In this document: piece by piece, positions 8,364-18,269 of the stretch
How the letters are laid out: every line of letters starts with the position of its first letter
Numbering within the stretch: position 1 is the stretch's first letter
Source: a virus
Lineage: Duplodnaviria; Caudoviricetes
Virus record (IMG/VR): IMGVR_UViG_3300029787_000071
Coordinates: 1 to 53,025 of that record
Length of the DNA stretch: 53,025 nucleotides
Reading direction: 5' to 3' (one strand)
Translations under genes and position numbers: made by a program
Notes under the pieces: generated by a model
The model's input: only the letters and a program-made list of their open reading frames with translations
The model's database searches: none
What the model was told of the DNA's origin: nothing

Positions 8364-10898
8364 TTATTTAGCCTTAAATTTTTCACAAACGGTTAGCATC
8401 AATCCTGTTAAGAAAAACTGAGCCGTCCTTCTATAGTAGTTGACAGAGTATCGCCAACCGCTTTTTAGGCCACGACCATAGGACACAAAGTCTTTAAACT
8501 CTTGGTAATGGTTTTCTGCCTCGCCTCGTTTAATCGCCTTTTTACCAGCGTGTCTGTAGCCTTTTCTAAACAATTCACCGTACCATTTACCGTGATACTT
8601 ACGAGCGCACCAAACTTCTGCTTTTGCTTTGTCTCGCGCTGAGAAGCTTTTAGCTGCAACTGCATGTGTCGCTATTACACAAGTGCCGCTATCAGGACCA
8701 GCACCCGTGTCGCTTTCATCTAATTCACCCTCACCAAAATCAATGTCTGGTGCATCCATCGCTGCCGCTGCACCAGCACCCTCGTATCCCGGCGCATCCG
8801 TGCCGCCTGTGCCTATGCTGCCAGCCTTGTCACCATATCCGAAATCTTCTTCAGTTCCGCCAGAAAAAGAAGCACCGGCCATGCTCTTTGCAACTAGGTC
8901 AGCCACCCTTTTCTGTTCTGGATCATTAGGGTCCATCGTATTCTTACCCGTTATTGACATAGTTTGTTCAGCAATATCTATGCTCAAGTTAGACGGGTTT
9001 TGGCTATTGTAACCTCCTGCACCATAACTAAAGGAGTTCGTTGCCGCAGCGGATGCTGCATCTGATAATGCTTGTTGCTGCGCAGCAGTAAAGCCTTTTG
9101 CACGCTCTAAATCGGTCGTCGCAAACGCTATATCAGTTAAAGGTTCATCTTTAAGACCGGCTAATTCCAGCTCACTGGCCGCATAAGCAGCCATGCCTGC
9201 TCTAGAAAGACCCATTGCTGATAATTCATCTACTCCCATAGTTGATAAGTCTTGCAGTTGACTTGCAAAAGAAGCGGATAGAGTTGCGGGTGCTGTGCTA
9301 ACTTCTAATCCGGTCATCCCTCGATCTGCAAGACTACCAAAGTCTATATCAAGGCCCTGTACTCCAGCTTGATCAGCCACGCTATTGTAAGCATCCACAA
9401 AACCTAAGCTTGCAGTCATAGCCTCTTGATTCATAGCTTCAGCAATCTGGCCTAGATCATCAGTATCCAAACCTCTGCTACTTGCATAGTTCTTAAGTGT
9501 AGATTGTATTGCTGCATTGGCAATGTCTATATCTTCAAAGTCAAGATAGGCTTGAACAACTGCAGCTTGATTTATATCCTCAATGCTTATGTTATTTGTT
9601 GTTATTCCTTTACCCGCAACTTGATCAGCTAAGGCATTCATATCAAATTGCAGATTGCCAATAGCGCCGGGTACTTCTGAAAAATCTAAATCAATCGCAG
9701 TCACGTTGGTTTGATCACTAGGGTCTGCAAAGCCTGTCATTCCTGCTGAAGAGGCTGTAGGCCCACTGAAAGAAACTCCCGCAGTGCTAAAGGCGTTTGC
9801 CATACCAACGGCTCTATCGCTAACCGCCTCATTGTAACCGAGTTTATCTAAGGCAAATTGAGATACATTATAAAAAGCTTTTATGGGAGCGGGCATCAGT
9901 GCTTCTACAAAACCCGGAGTTACTAACTGCCCTGTGTTTTTATCGAAGTTAAAACCTACCGTGCCGCTTGGCAGGTTAAAGGTAAACACTTGAGGGTCTA
10001 AAGTGCCAAACTCCATCTGCCTCCCATAAGCTTCTAGAGTCTGATCAGGGTTCGTTATTGCAGTAACGATTCCTTCAATATACTCTCCAACATTTTTAGT
10101 TGCTTGACTAATTAAACCGCTTACAGTTACATTTCTATTAGCAAGATCGGCTACGTTTGCAGCCTGTTGTCCAAGCGAAAGGGCGGTAGAGGTTGCACTG
10201 AGTGCGCTAGGAATATCAGTTATTTCTGTATTTAGTGCGTCTTTCACACTATTGAAACCTCCAAATACACCTGCAACACCTGTACTTGATAACGCTCCTG
10301 AAGCTACATTACTAGCCAAACCGCTGAAACCAGCGCCCGGACCAAAGGCTCCAAAAGCGCCTCCAACAAGACCAGCAGCCAGCCCCGGATTAGTGAGATC
10401 AGATATATCTTGAGCTTCTGTACTTGTCGCTGTATCAAGACCGATATCTCCAGCATCATCGCCTGATGTAACACTAGGAGGCCCAAAGACCTGTTCAAAC
10501 TGTTGTTGTGGCTGTGGCCTATCCTGAAATTGTGACGTAAAGGTAGCAAGATCACTGGCAACTGTGGACGCCTCTCCTAAGATGCTACTAAAGGTATTTG
10601 AGTCAAACTCATTAATACGGCTAGCCGCAGCTTCTTTAAAAGCATCCACGCTGCTAGGATCAGAGAAGTTTACTTCGTCAAGAAGATCACCAAACAAATC
10701 CTCAACAGCTAACTGTGATGTAGAAGCTGTAGCTACAGATAGATCATCCTTTCGACGCTTGACCCCCAGCCCCTCAATATCAAGAGACTGAGAACCACCG
10801 CCTACGTCAATGGTAGCTTCAGGAATAGCTTCCATAGTCACAGGTTTAGCGGATACCGCTCCTGCTCCTTGAAGTGCTTCTGCTATGTTAGTCGCCAC
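8364..10898 (-). CDS. Large acidic Gly/Ala-rich virion protein with basic C-terminal CVIAT domain
   Basis: 844 aa between portal and scaffold. The last ~105 aa start at GTCVIATH and are Lys/Arg/aromatic-rich. Confidence 0.7.
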   Translation of the reverse strand: MATNIAEALQGAGAVSAKPVTMEAIPEATIDVGGGSQSLDIEGLGVKRRKDDLSVATASTSQLAVEDLFGDLLDEVNFSDPSSVDAFKEAAASRINEFDSNTFSSILGEASTVASDLATFTSQFQDRPQPQQQFEQVFGPPSVTSGDDAGDIGLDTATSTEAQDISDLTNPGLAAGLVGGAFGAFGPGAGFSGLASNVASGALSSTGVAGVFGGFNSVKDALNTEITDIPSALSATSTALSLGQQAANVADLANRNVTVSGLISQATKNVGEYIEGIVTAITNPDQTLEAYGRQMEFGTLDPQVFTFNLPSGTVGFNFDKNTGQLVTPGFVEALMPAPIKAFYNVSQFALDKLGYNEAVSDRAVGMANAFSTAGVSFSGPTASSAGMTGFADPSDQTNVTAIDLDFSEVPGAIGNLQFDMNALADQVAGKGITTNNISIEDINQAAVVQAYLDFEDIDIANAAIQSTLKNYASSRGLDTDDLGQIAEAMNQEAMTASLGFVDAYNSVADQAGVQGLDIDFGSLADRGMTGLEVSTAPATLSASFASQLQDLSTMGVDELSAMGLSRAGMAAYAASELELAGLKDEPLTDIAFATTDLERAKGFTAAQQQALSDAASAAATNSFSYGAGGYNSQNPSNLSIDIAEQTMSITGKNTMDPNDPEQKRVADLVAKSMAGASFSGGTEEDFGYGDKAGSIGTGGTDAPGYEGAGAAAAMDAPDIDFGEGELDESDTGAGPDSGTCVIATHAVAAKSFSARDKAKAEVWCARKYHGKWYGELFRKGYRHAGKKAIKRGEAENHYQEFKDFVSYGRGLKSGWRYSVNYYRRTAQFFLTGLMLTVCEKFKAK

Positions 10899-11127
10899 GT
10901 TTGCTGTACTCTTTCTGTTGAGTATTAACCTGCGTCTTCAGGGATAGGAGGTGATCCACCACCTGCACTTTGCCCTGCAGAGAGCGCATCTCTGAGTCCG
11001 ATTTCTCCACCACCAGCAGGGCCTGATGCCTGTTCTTGAGATCCTTGAGGTAGTCCTCCAGACTGCCCCATGCCGCCTGATTGTTCACCAGCGGCAGCAG
11101 GGTCTGGCATGTTTCCTTGTTGAGCAT
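10888..11127 (-). CDS. Small helical protein overprinted on the portal 3' end
   Basis: Own RBS (GAGGA) and ATG. LLPLVNN..W..LEDYL..LQGK resembles the small protein that follows the portal in related podoviruses. Confidence 0.65.
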   Translation of the reverse strand: MLNKETCQTLLPLVNNQAAWGSLEDYLKDLKNRHQALLVVEKSDSEMRSLQGKVQVVDHLLSLKTQVNTQQKEYSKRGD

Positions 11128-13021
11128 TTAATCCTCTCAATACTTCTGCAAAGATTTGTGCATCGTTGATATCATTTACCAACAGATCAGGATCAATGTC
11201 CTGTGCAATGGCTAGCTCCCGCACAAGGTTTGGAATCTTGATAAAGGGTGCAAGCATGGGGTTTGCCACTGTCTGTAGCAGCGCGGTTAAACGCTGGCTG
11301 CGGACTTCCTTCTGCATGACTGCAGCGGTTCCCTGTGGCTTGATCTCCAAATCTCCCTGTATCTCAGGACGATCATCAGTAAACTGCATATTCCAAAAGA
11401 ACATGCACTCACCGAGCGGCTTGAGAAGAAAATCGTCAACATTTTTTATTACAGTTTTTACACTGAGGTTAGCACCACCCAGCAACATACTTAATCCTGC
11501 AGCGGTACGTCCTGTGCCAGACACGCCCGTTTGTCCGTGCATAATGCTGGGCAGTCCAGTTTCTTCATCGGCTAATTGTCGTGCAGCCTGATACATCTGT
11601 ATGTTTTCGCCAGCGGTGTTTGGAAACTTTACAGCGTTGATAGCTGTACCAGTAACACCAGACTGACGCCTAAACACTTTACCCGGATAGATATCATAGT
11701 TCTGTCCGGGTACAAGAGATGCCTCGTCTACATCAAATACTACATTACCAGCTAGTGCTAAGTTGTCAATAGCCATTCTTACATGACCATTCATTAGTAG
11801 CTGGGCGTCCTCCATGTTCTCAGGTATACCAACGCCAAACAACTGGTAAGGGTTAATTTCATATGGCGTTGCAAAATACGGAATACGGTAAGGTACAAAC
11901 GGATTGAGGACTAATCGTAGAACCTCATTGCCACAAACCCATACATTAACAGGCACCTCTGCAAGATCACTAACCTGCATTGGAATACCCATCTCTTCCA
12001 CAAGCTGGCTGTCCATGTTGCCCCAGAACTCAAGCACCTCGTACCTGTCAACGGCAGCAAGGTCTTCCAAGCTCTCAGCACGAATAGTGTCTTCAAAGTA
12101 TTTGTCCGTGTAATTAGGACCAGCGTTAAGACAGGTTGCAACAGCATCAGGATTAAAGAACGGCTTGTCCATCAAGTCCCGCATCTGTGACCTGTTTAGT
12201 CGGTGGCGCTGAATTACATAGGAGCAATCATCCACACTAGTAGCGGTGGGGTCTGGGTAAAAGTTCCAGCATGAAACCGACTCAAGGCGGGGTACAAGCT
12301 TTTTATACGGGTTGTAGTTTTTATCGTTATCCCATCTATGTAGAGTTTTACTCTCATTGAGCGGTCCCTTTACAATGCCTGTACCAAGAAGGGCGCACTC
12401 AAAGAGAGAGTGGCGCAGTATGTTCGTGGCGTTGTTTTCATGCAGTTGGTCATGGATGAGCTTTTCCATGTGCCGTGCTGTTTCGCGTGAAGGAGATATC
12501 TGAGGCTCACCCAAACGGCTTGGGCCTTCCTGCAGATCAATACCCTCATACTTTTCAGCTAGTCCTGCTAGCGGAGAAGCCTCAGTGGCCCCCGGTGGCA
12601 TATCACGGCCATCGCCGGGAAAACCGTAGGGGTCCATCGTAGGCTCTTCTTGCTGTTGTGGAGGTACAGGAGCTTTGCTTAAATGTGCAAACTCCGCTAC
12701 ACCTTCAGGCACTGGGCTAGGCTCAACAACGAGTGGGAACTTTTTGTTAGCAAAAAGCACATCAATTATCTGCCCATAAGCAGCGAGAACTTTTGTTTTG
12801 GTAATCTTAACGAACACTCTACTGTTCTCAGATTCACGGAACTGAGTTGTAGAGTCGTAGATACCTCTAAAGTTTTTGTAGGCTTTTAGCCAGCGTTGTT
12901 CATGCTGATAGCGGCCATGCTCTGCTTCTTCAAACTTTGACTTAACTGTGCCAACTACGTTTGTAGAAGCCTCATCAACAAAAGCTGCTGCTGTGATATC
13001 GCCTAAAGGTGAATCCTCCAT
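10925..13021 (-). CDS. Portal protein
   Basis: 698 aa; RWLKAYKNFRG, KITKTKVLAAYGQI, GTGIVKGP, WNFYPDP and ADEETGLP..GQ; lies downstream of terL. Confidence 0.92.
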   Translation of the reverse strand: MEDSPLGDITAAAFVDEASTNVVGTVKSKFEEAEHGRYQHEQRWLKAYKNFRGIYDSTTQFRESENSRVFVKITKTKVLAAYGQIIDVLFANKKFPLVVEPSPVPEGVAEFAHLSKAPVPPQQQEEPTMDPYGFPGDGRDMPPGATEASPLAGLAEKYEGIDLQEGPSRLGEPQISPSRETARHMEKLIHDQLHENNATNILRHSLFECALLGTGIVKGPLNESKTLHRWDNDKNYNPYKKLVPRLESVSCWNFYPDPTATSVDDCSYVIQRHRLNRSQMRDLMDKPFFNPDAVATCLNAGPNYTDKYFEDTIRAESLEDLAAVDRYEVLEFWGNMDSQLVEEMGIPMQVSDLAEVPVNVWVCGNEVLRLVLNPFVPYRIPYFATPYEINPYQLFGVGIPENMEDAQLLMNGHVRMAIDNLALAGNVVFDVDEASLVPGQNYDIYPGKVFRRQSGVTGTAINAVKFPNTAGENIQMYQAARQLADEETGLPSIMHGQTGVSGTGRTAAGLSMLLGGANLSVKTVIKNVDDFLLKPLGECMFFWNMQFTDDRPEIQGDLEIKPQGTAAVMQKEVRSQRLTALLQTVANPMLAPFIKIPNLVRELAIAQDIDPDLLVNDINDAQIFAEVLRGLNAQQGNMPDPAAAGEQSGGMGQSGGLPQGSQEQASGPAGGGEIGLRDALSAGQSAGGGSPPIPEDAG

Positions 13022-13038
13022 AGGACTTTCCTCTTTGC

Positions 13039-13251
13039 TTAGTAGTCTTTTTCGTCAGCCATGCGGAAGACTGCCGGATCGACCATGTTGGTCGCTTGAC
13101 GAGGCATGTCCACCTGCAGCGCGTCACGATCAATCGGGCCGATAAGCATCTGCTCAAGACCTTCACGGTAGAGAGAACCTTCAGCCGCTTCGCTGAGTTC
13201 ACCCTGCTTGCTCATCATACTCATAATGTAATCTGCTCCATACGCTTTCAT
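13039..13251 (-). CDS. Hypothetical protein
   Basis: 70-aa ORF with RBS (AAAGGA), co-oriented in the operon. Confidence 0.6.
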   Translation of the reverse strand: MKAYGADYIMSMMSKQGELSEAAEGSLYREGLEQMLIGPIDRDALQVDMPRQATNMVDPAVFRMADEKDY

Positions 13252-13266
13252 AGGTTTTCCTTTCTG

Positions 13267-14586
13267 TTAATCTAAGTATAAAAATCCTCTGGGGCCTTTT
13301 AGACGGTCAGAGACTTGTTGTTTTTCCATAGCGGAAAAAGCTTCTTCATCAGCACTTCTTAATTCTTCGTAATCGGGTCCAGCCCTTTTTCGTGCTTCAA
13401 AACCTTCCATTGTAGCATCAGCCACCGGAGTTGCTGCGGCTAATTCATCAATAACCGTTAATCCAAGACCAACACCGGGAATCAACGCTTTAGCTGTTCC
13501 TCTACCACCCTTTTTGATAATGCCCAGTATGCTTTTAGTTCTCTCAGACATCGGCTTCGGCTCATCAGAGGGAAGTGGTCTGGGCTGTGGTTTCTCTTGT
13601 TCTTCAGGAGGTGAAATAAACTTAGCTGTTCTTTCTTGTATTGTTGGTGTTTCAGGAATAGCAGGTCTGGCTTCTCGTCGCGCAGCCGCCTTTCTCTGCC
13701 TGTCCTGCATCTCAATCTGAGGAGTGATTTTTGTTTGAACATATATAGGAAGAGATACTTTTTTAGCTTCCTCTATACCTTTATCAGAAATAACAAGGTT
13801 ATGAGGACGCACTCTACTTTTATCCTCAATAATTTTTCCATTCTTGTCCCTACCCGCTATAACAGGAACACCGCCTTTTTCTTTTATGGCAAATATTTCT
13901 TTGCCCCGTCTAGAGCGTCTATTCTGACCACCTTCAGAAAGGGTGCCAAGCTCTGCATCTAACTTTTTAAAAGTAAATAAATTCTTTTCATCTTTACCTG
14001 TAGGGGGGTCATCATCTTTAAGAAGACCGCTCTCGTACATGTACTGTTCATATGCTCTAAATTCATCAAGCTGTTTAGTAATACTTTCTATACCATCAGG
14101 AAAAGCTTCGTTAATATACCTATTTAAATCTCCTGCTCTATCCCTATTTGTTTTTCTAAAAGCATTAAAACGGTTTGTTAGTTCTGTAATTGATCCTCTT
14201 ACATTCTTTCCCGTCTCCTGCATCATCTTTAATACAAGATTAACCCCATCATCAGTTATATTAATGGGGGTTTTAATAGCTACCCTTCCTGATTTAGCTT
14301 TAGGTGAACCAGTTACGTTAGGTGTTAATTGTTTTCCCGGCTCTACACCAGCCTTTATCTCTGCAGCGGTGGCGCGCCTTTTAGGTAGCATATCCTCAAG
14401 ACTAAGGTCTTCAAAACTTTCTATTCCTGCTTTTTGTGCTGCCGCTTGAAAGTCCAAAGCAATATTAGTGGTAAATTTCCCTCTGTATTTTTTTTGTAAA
14501 CTCTCAAAATCATCTGCATTTAAAGAAGACCTATTCTGAGCTTTTATCTCTTCAATTACTGTTCTAATAGCATCTGCTTTTTTCAT
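13267..14586 (-). CDS. Hypothetical protein
   Basis: 439-aa ORF between terL and portal; no motif recognised. Confidence 0.7.
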   Translation of the reverse strand: MKKADAIRTVIEEIKAQNRSSLNADDFESLQKKYRGKFTTNIALDFQAAAQKAGIESFEDLSLEDMLPKRRATAAEIKAGVEPGKQLTPNVTGSPKAKSGRVAIKTPINITDDGVNLVLKMMQETGKNVRGSITELTNRFNAFRKTNRDRAGDLNRYINEAFPDGIESITKQLDEFRAYEQYMYESGLLKDDDPPTGKDEKNLFTFKKLDAELGTLSEGGQNRRSRRGKEIFAIKEKGGVPVIAGRDKNGKIIEDKSRVRPHNLVISDKGIEEAKKVSLPIYVQTKITPQIEMQDRQRKAAARREARPAIPETPTIQERTAKFISPPEEQEKPQPRPLPSDEPKPMSERTKSILGIIKKGGRGTAKALIPGVGLGLTVIDELAAATPVADATMEGFEARKRAGPDYEELRSADEEAFSAMEKQQVSDRLKGPRGFLYLD

Positions 14587-14588
14587 GC

Positions 14589-16361
14589 TTAGTAACCAAA
14601 CGTAGAGTCAAACGGTTTTGGCTTTGCCTCTTGCATCTTGTTCATCATTGAGTTGATGGTTAGATGTCCTCTTGCGCGTGTCATGCACATGTATCGCAAA
14701 GCGTCGTAGGCGTGGTCATCTGCTTTTGTATCTACATCTTCAGGGTTTGTCTTTGACAGTGGTAGCCCTGAGAGAGTACGTATCAGATGTGTGCAGGTTG
14801 AAAGTATCTTTATTCTTGGTTGTTGTGTAAACTCGTCTACCTGCAAACGCCTGTGTAGTTCTAGTTTACCTGCAATCCTGTTTCTATCTGATGGAGTAAA
14901 TCTAGCTCCACAACGAATGAGAGTTTCAGCGATTGAAGGTCCGGTGCCTGTCCTGTTCCAACAGGAAGAGTCAAGCACCGAGTAGTACATGCCGGGATCA
15001 CCTCCCTCAAGATTTACAATGATATTGGCTAGAGTTTCTGCAGTCTGTCCTTTGCCGTAGAACTCCCTGTAAATCCAAAGGGTATCATCCCAATCAACTG
15101 CGCCCCACAGGACACAAGAGGGGGCGGCATACCCGTAGTCTGCTGCACGAAGGCGTAACCAACCTTGGGGTATCTGTGCCTGTGAGGCTTCCACAACATG
15201 AATGCTGCGGGAAAACTCTGGGAACGCCGCTCCCTCTGCGACATCCCAATCCCCTTCTAGAAGCCGCCTTCGTTCGACTTCTGGGAGCGACCTCAACATG
15301 GCTTCATATTCACCAGTTTCAGCGAGGTAGGGGTTATCAGTCAGACGCGCCGGAATGAATTTACGAAGAAACAGCGGCTGACCTGCTTTACCGTTAGTTG
15401 CTGTCTCAGGCCACAAAAGAGCGTTACCTGTATCAACATCGGTAGCTGCAAACGGTGTGTTAGGCGGTGCAGGGTCAATGTACATCTTCTTGACCCACCA
15501 ACCACCTACCCCTCCGGGGTTTCCTGTGCAGCGCATATATGCGTCAATCTGCGGGTCCGTTGTACGAAGTCTGGAGCGCAGATACTCCCACACGTAGGGA
15601 GTTGGGTAGTGCGTTATCTCGTCAATACCAATCCAAGTAAAAGCCTGACCTTGGTAGCGTGTTACGTCCTTGTCTTTGTCGAGGTAGGAGAACCATGCCG
15701 TAGCCCCAGACGGGAACTGCCACATAGCCTTGGACTCTCTGAATACGGCACCGGGAAAAGCTTTTGGATAGAGTTGTTTGCTTTTATCAACCAGTTCTGT
15801 AAGCTCGTCCAAAGTACGACGAATAATAAGAGCGCGATGATTGGGGTTGCTACAGTAGCGAAGCAGATCAGCAAGAAGAGCATAAGACTTGCCCCCGCCA
15901 GCAGCGCCGCCATAAAAAACATCCCTTTCAGGGCTTGCCAAAAAGTCAGTCTGCGGCCCCGAGTTTGGTTTGAAGATAACCTCTGCTTCATCCTCTACTA
16001 ACTCCCTTACGGGTTTTGGTACATTCTGTAGTGTGGTATCTTCAATGACCTTAGCACCGTTCTTGTTGAACAAAGCCTGTTCAACTTTCTTGATGCTGTC
16101 TTTCTTCTCTTTGGCCTTAGATGCTTTCTTCTGTGCTTTCTTCTTTGCCCTGTCCGCGTTGCGAACCGCAGCGGCAGAGGCCCGTCTCGCTCTTTCTTTT
16201 GCAGAGAGACGGTAGTTACCCTTTTCGCCCTCGGCTAATTTGGGACGGCCACGCTTGCGCTTGACAGGCTCTTCTCTTACGTCAGCTTTATCAACCAAAG
16301 GCAGGTGACTTTCGCTTGACGTTTTTCTTGTGCCTTCGCTCTGGTGATCTAAATCGTCCAA
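14589..16361 (-). CDS. terL: Terminase large subunit
   Basis: Walker A YGGAAGGGKS, Walker B IGIDE, coupling motif TGNPGG, nuclease DYGY and DDHAYDALRY. Start uncertain (TTG at 16361 or 16298). Confidence 0.95.
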   Translation of the reverse strand: MDDLDHQSEGTRKTSSESHLPLVDKADVREEPVKRKRGRPKLAEGEKGNYRLSAKERARRASAAAVRNADRAKKKAQKKASKAKEKKDSIKKVEQALFNKNGAKVIEDTTLQNVPKPVRELVEDEAEVIFKPNSGPQTDFLASPERDVFYGGAAGGGKSYALLADLLRYCSNPNHRALIIRRTLDELTELVDKSKQLYPKAFPGAVFRESKAMWQFPSGATAWFSYLDKDKDVTRYQGQAFTWIGIDEITHYPTPYVWEYLRSRLRTTDPQIDAYMRCTGNPGGVGGWWVKKMYIDPAPPNTPFAATDVDTGNALLWPETATNGKAGQPLFLRKFIPARLTDNPYLAETGEYEAMLRSLPEVERRRLLEGDWDVAEGAAFPEFSRSIHVVEASQAQIPQGWLRLRAADYGYAAPSCVLWGAVDWDDTLWIYREFYGKGQTAETLANIIVNLEGGDPGMYYSVLDSSCWNRTGTGPSIAETLIRCGARFTPSDRNRIAGKLELHRRLQVDEFTQQPRIKILSTCTHLIRTLSGLPLSKTNPEDVDTKADDHAYDALRYMCMTRARGHLTINSMMNKMQEAKPKPFDSTFGY

Positions 16362-16425
16362 GAGTTTTACCTTTGTGAAATACTATTTTACTATTGCCGC
16401 TTGTTTTCTTTTTCTTTGTTGCCAT
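16291..16425 (-). CDS. 44-aa highly basic peptide (not in ORF track)
   Basis: TAATG-coupled start; MATKKKKTSGNSKIVFHKGKTLGRFRSPERRHKKNVKRKSPAFG. Confidence 0.6.
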   Translation of the reverse strand: MATKKKKTSGNSKIVFHKGKTLGRFRSPERRHKKNVKRKSPAFG

Positions 16426-17006
16426 TACTTTAACTTTGGTTTACGAACCCCACCGCCTTTTGCGTATGGTTTTACTTTGCCTCCCTTTGCAAACTTTAAT
16501 CTTACATTTCCTCCAATATAGCTTTCACCACTTTCCGGGTCGTACCTGCCTTGAATACCCGCTGTTCCTTTTACTCTTCCAAAATCAACAGGTCTTTCAT
16601 ATCTCGCCCCTACAGCGGGCGGTCTGCGCTGTGCTTCCTCAAGCCCCATACCCTTAAAATCGAGATTCAGATTTAGTCCCTCTGGTAGCTGGCGATTAAC
16701 AAACTTCTCGCCCTGACGGGCAATCTCTTTTACCGCATCTCTGGACGCCTTGTCCTTCAACGCTCTGGCAGAGTACTTCTCAGGATTAAGAAAGTAATCT
16801 GCAGCTATATAAGCAGCCCCCATAGCACCTTTTGCTAGCTGCTCTCTGCTTACATCTTTTTCTACATCAGGGTTAGTAATACCAATGTCCCGTGAACGAG
16901 CGGTAAAAGCCGTCTCTTGTGCTCTCTCAGACTGATCAATCTGATACTTTAAACCATCTCTGATAACGGTGACAGCCTGCTTTAGTTGTTGTTTTTGGCT
17001 AGCCAT
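16425..17006 (-). CDS. Hypothetical protein with C-terminal FAKGG/YAKGGGVRKP tags
   Basis: 193-aa ORF ending KFAKGGKVKPYAKGGGVRKPKLK. Confidence 0.75.
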   Translation of the reverse strand: MASQKQQLKQAVTVIRDGLKYQIDQSERAQETAFTARSRDIGITNPDVEKDVSREQLAKGAMGAAYIAADYFLNPEKYSARALKDKASRDAVKEIARQGEKFVNRQLPEGLNLNLDFKGMGLEEAQRRPPAVGARYERPVDFGRVKGTAGIQGRYDPESGESYIGGNVRLKFAKGGKVKPYAKGGGVRKPKLK

Positions 17007-17187
17007 TTTGAATTATGTTATCCTCCATAACTAATCCACGGTCAATTGCAAAAGCGCGTGTCATAAAATCTTCTGTAAGTTTTATCTCAGTGCTTTTGTA
17101 AAACTTGCCCTTACCACGAATGTAGCAGGGATAGCTCAAGGGTTTTCTGGTTCGCGATAGTGTGACTTCTACATAAATTTTATTCAT
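16999..17187 (-). CDS. Hypothetical protein
   Basis: 62-aa ORF overlapping both neighbours by 8 nt. Confidence 0.55.
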   Translation of the reverse strand: MNKIYVEVTLSRTRKPLSYPCYIRGKGKFYKSTEIKLTEDFMTRAFAIDRGLVMEDNIIQNG

Positions 17188-17605
17188 GGTCTATGATAAC
17201 AGGGTCCACTTGCCCTGATTTCGCCGGAAGAAGAACCACTCCGTGTATAGCAGTAACATTATGTTCAACCTTATCATGCTTACCCACGCCTACTCTGTTT
17301 AAAATAGATTCTGCTGCTTTAATACGCTGTTCAGCGCGTGGGGTTGTTCCGTCATCGTCCAGTGCATTTACCAGACCTGCCGCTGCTTTTACTGAGTTAG
17401 CGGCTAACATGTTCTTTGCTCTCTCTACAATCTCATCGGCTAGAGAGTTCATAACTGCTTTACCAGTGGTTTCACAGTAGCCTGCTGCGCGTAAAGCTGC
17501 AGCGTTGTTACCACCATTATCCATGAGTGCATCAAGATACGCAAGCTGTTTTTCTGTTAGCTGGCGTTTTTTATTTTTAGTGGGTAAAAGACCTTCCTGT
17601 GCCAT
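17180..17605 (-). CDS. terS: Terminase small subunit
   Basis: LTEKQLAYLDAL..NNAAALRAAGY HTH-like start, AAESILNRVG and C-terminal GVVLLP; lies upstream of terL. Confidence 0.8.
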   Translation of the reverse strand: MAQEGLLPTKNKKRQLTEKQLAYLDALMDNGGNNAAALRAAGYCETTGKAVMNSLADEIVERAKNMLAANSVKAAAGLVNALDDDGTTPRAEQRIKAAESILNRVGVGKHDKVEHNVTAIHGVVLLPAKSGQVDPVIIDHE

Positions 17606-18090
17606 CAATAACGTACTTTACGTACTCCTCCACCCATTGCGTATTCTTTTTTAAACCCTTTAATCCCTGCAACAATGCCGCCCTCTTTCATACCAGCAAC
17701 TTTATTGCGATTCATCTCCATCAGGCTCTGCTGCGGATTTTGCTGCATGGTTCCTGCACCCATAATCTTATTTTTATCCGGTGTGCCGGTCTGAGCCATG
17801 CCTCCCATGTACATTTTCTTTTTCACTGACTTCTTCCTCTTCATCGTGGCGACATTCGTTGGCTTACCGCCGACACCTTGCGGCTTGGCTCTTTTACGAG
17901 CAACGGCGCTCTTTCTTTCTCCCGCTGTCATGGACTTGGCTTTGGAGCGCGGCACACACTTAGGGTAGGCACGTTTAGACTTAGACGCAGACTTTCGACC
18001 ACAAGCCTGAAACTTGCCATCTTTCTTGGGTGCGCCAATGTCTACCCAATCCCCCTTGGGGCCTTTGCCGAACCACTCCTTGAGGCTCAT
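17605..18090 (-). CDS. Basic protein (WVDI..CGR..YPKC domain) with xxGG tags
   Basis: True start is probably ATG 18090 (MSLKEWFG, TAATG-coupled). Carries MYMGG, MKEGG and a terminal YAMGGGVRKV. Confidence 0.75.
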   Translation of the reverse strand: MSLKEWFGKGPKGDWVDIGAPKKDGKFQACGRKSASKSKRAYPKCVPRSKAKSMTAGERKSAVARKRAKPQGVGGKPTNVATMKRKKSVKKKMYMGGMAQTGTPDKNKIMGAGTMQQNPQQSLMEMNRNKVAGMKEGGIVAGIKGFKKEYAMGGGVRKVRY

Positions 18091-18269
18091 TAGTAAGTCC
18101 CGCCTCGTTTCTTGTACGTGCGGACTAACCAAGCGTTTGCATACGCGCTGGGGTAGACTTTGAACTTACGTTTAGCCTCTGCCTTCACTCTTGCGTACAG
18201 AGCTTTATTCTTAGGCGTAGGAGACTTGCTACTTTTTTTTGCCTTTGGCTTTGCTTTTTTTGCTGGCAT
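18090..18269 (-). CDS. 59-aa basic protein, DUF5872-like (not in ORF track)
   Basis: MPAKKAKPKAKKSSKSPTPKNKALYARVKAEAKRKFKVYPSAYANAWLVRTYKKRGGTY. The SAY..LV..YKKRGG.Y pattern is recalled from viral DUF5872-like proteins. Confidence 0.7.
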   Translation of the reverse strand: MPAKKAKPKAKKSSKSPTPKNKALYARVKAEAKRKFKVYPSAYANAWLVRTYKKRGGTY

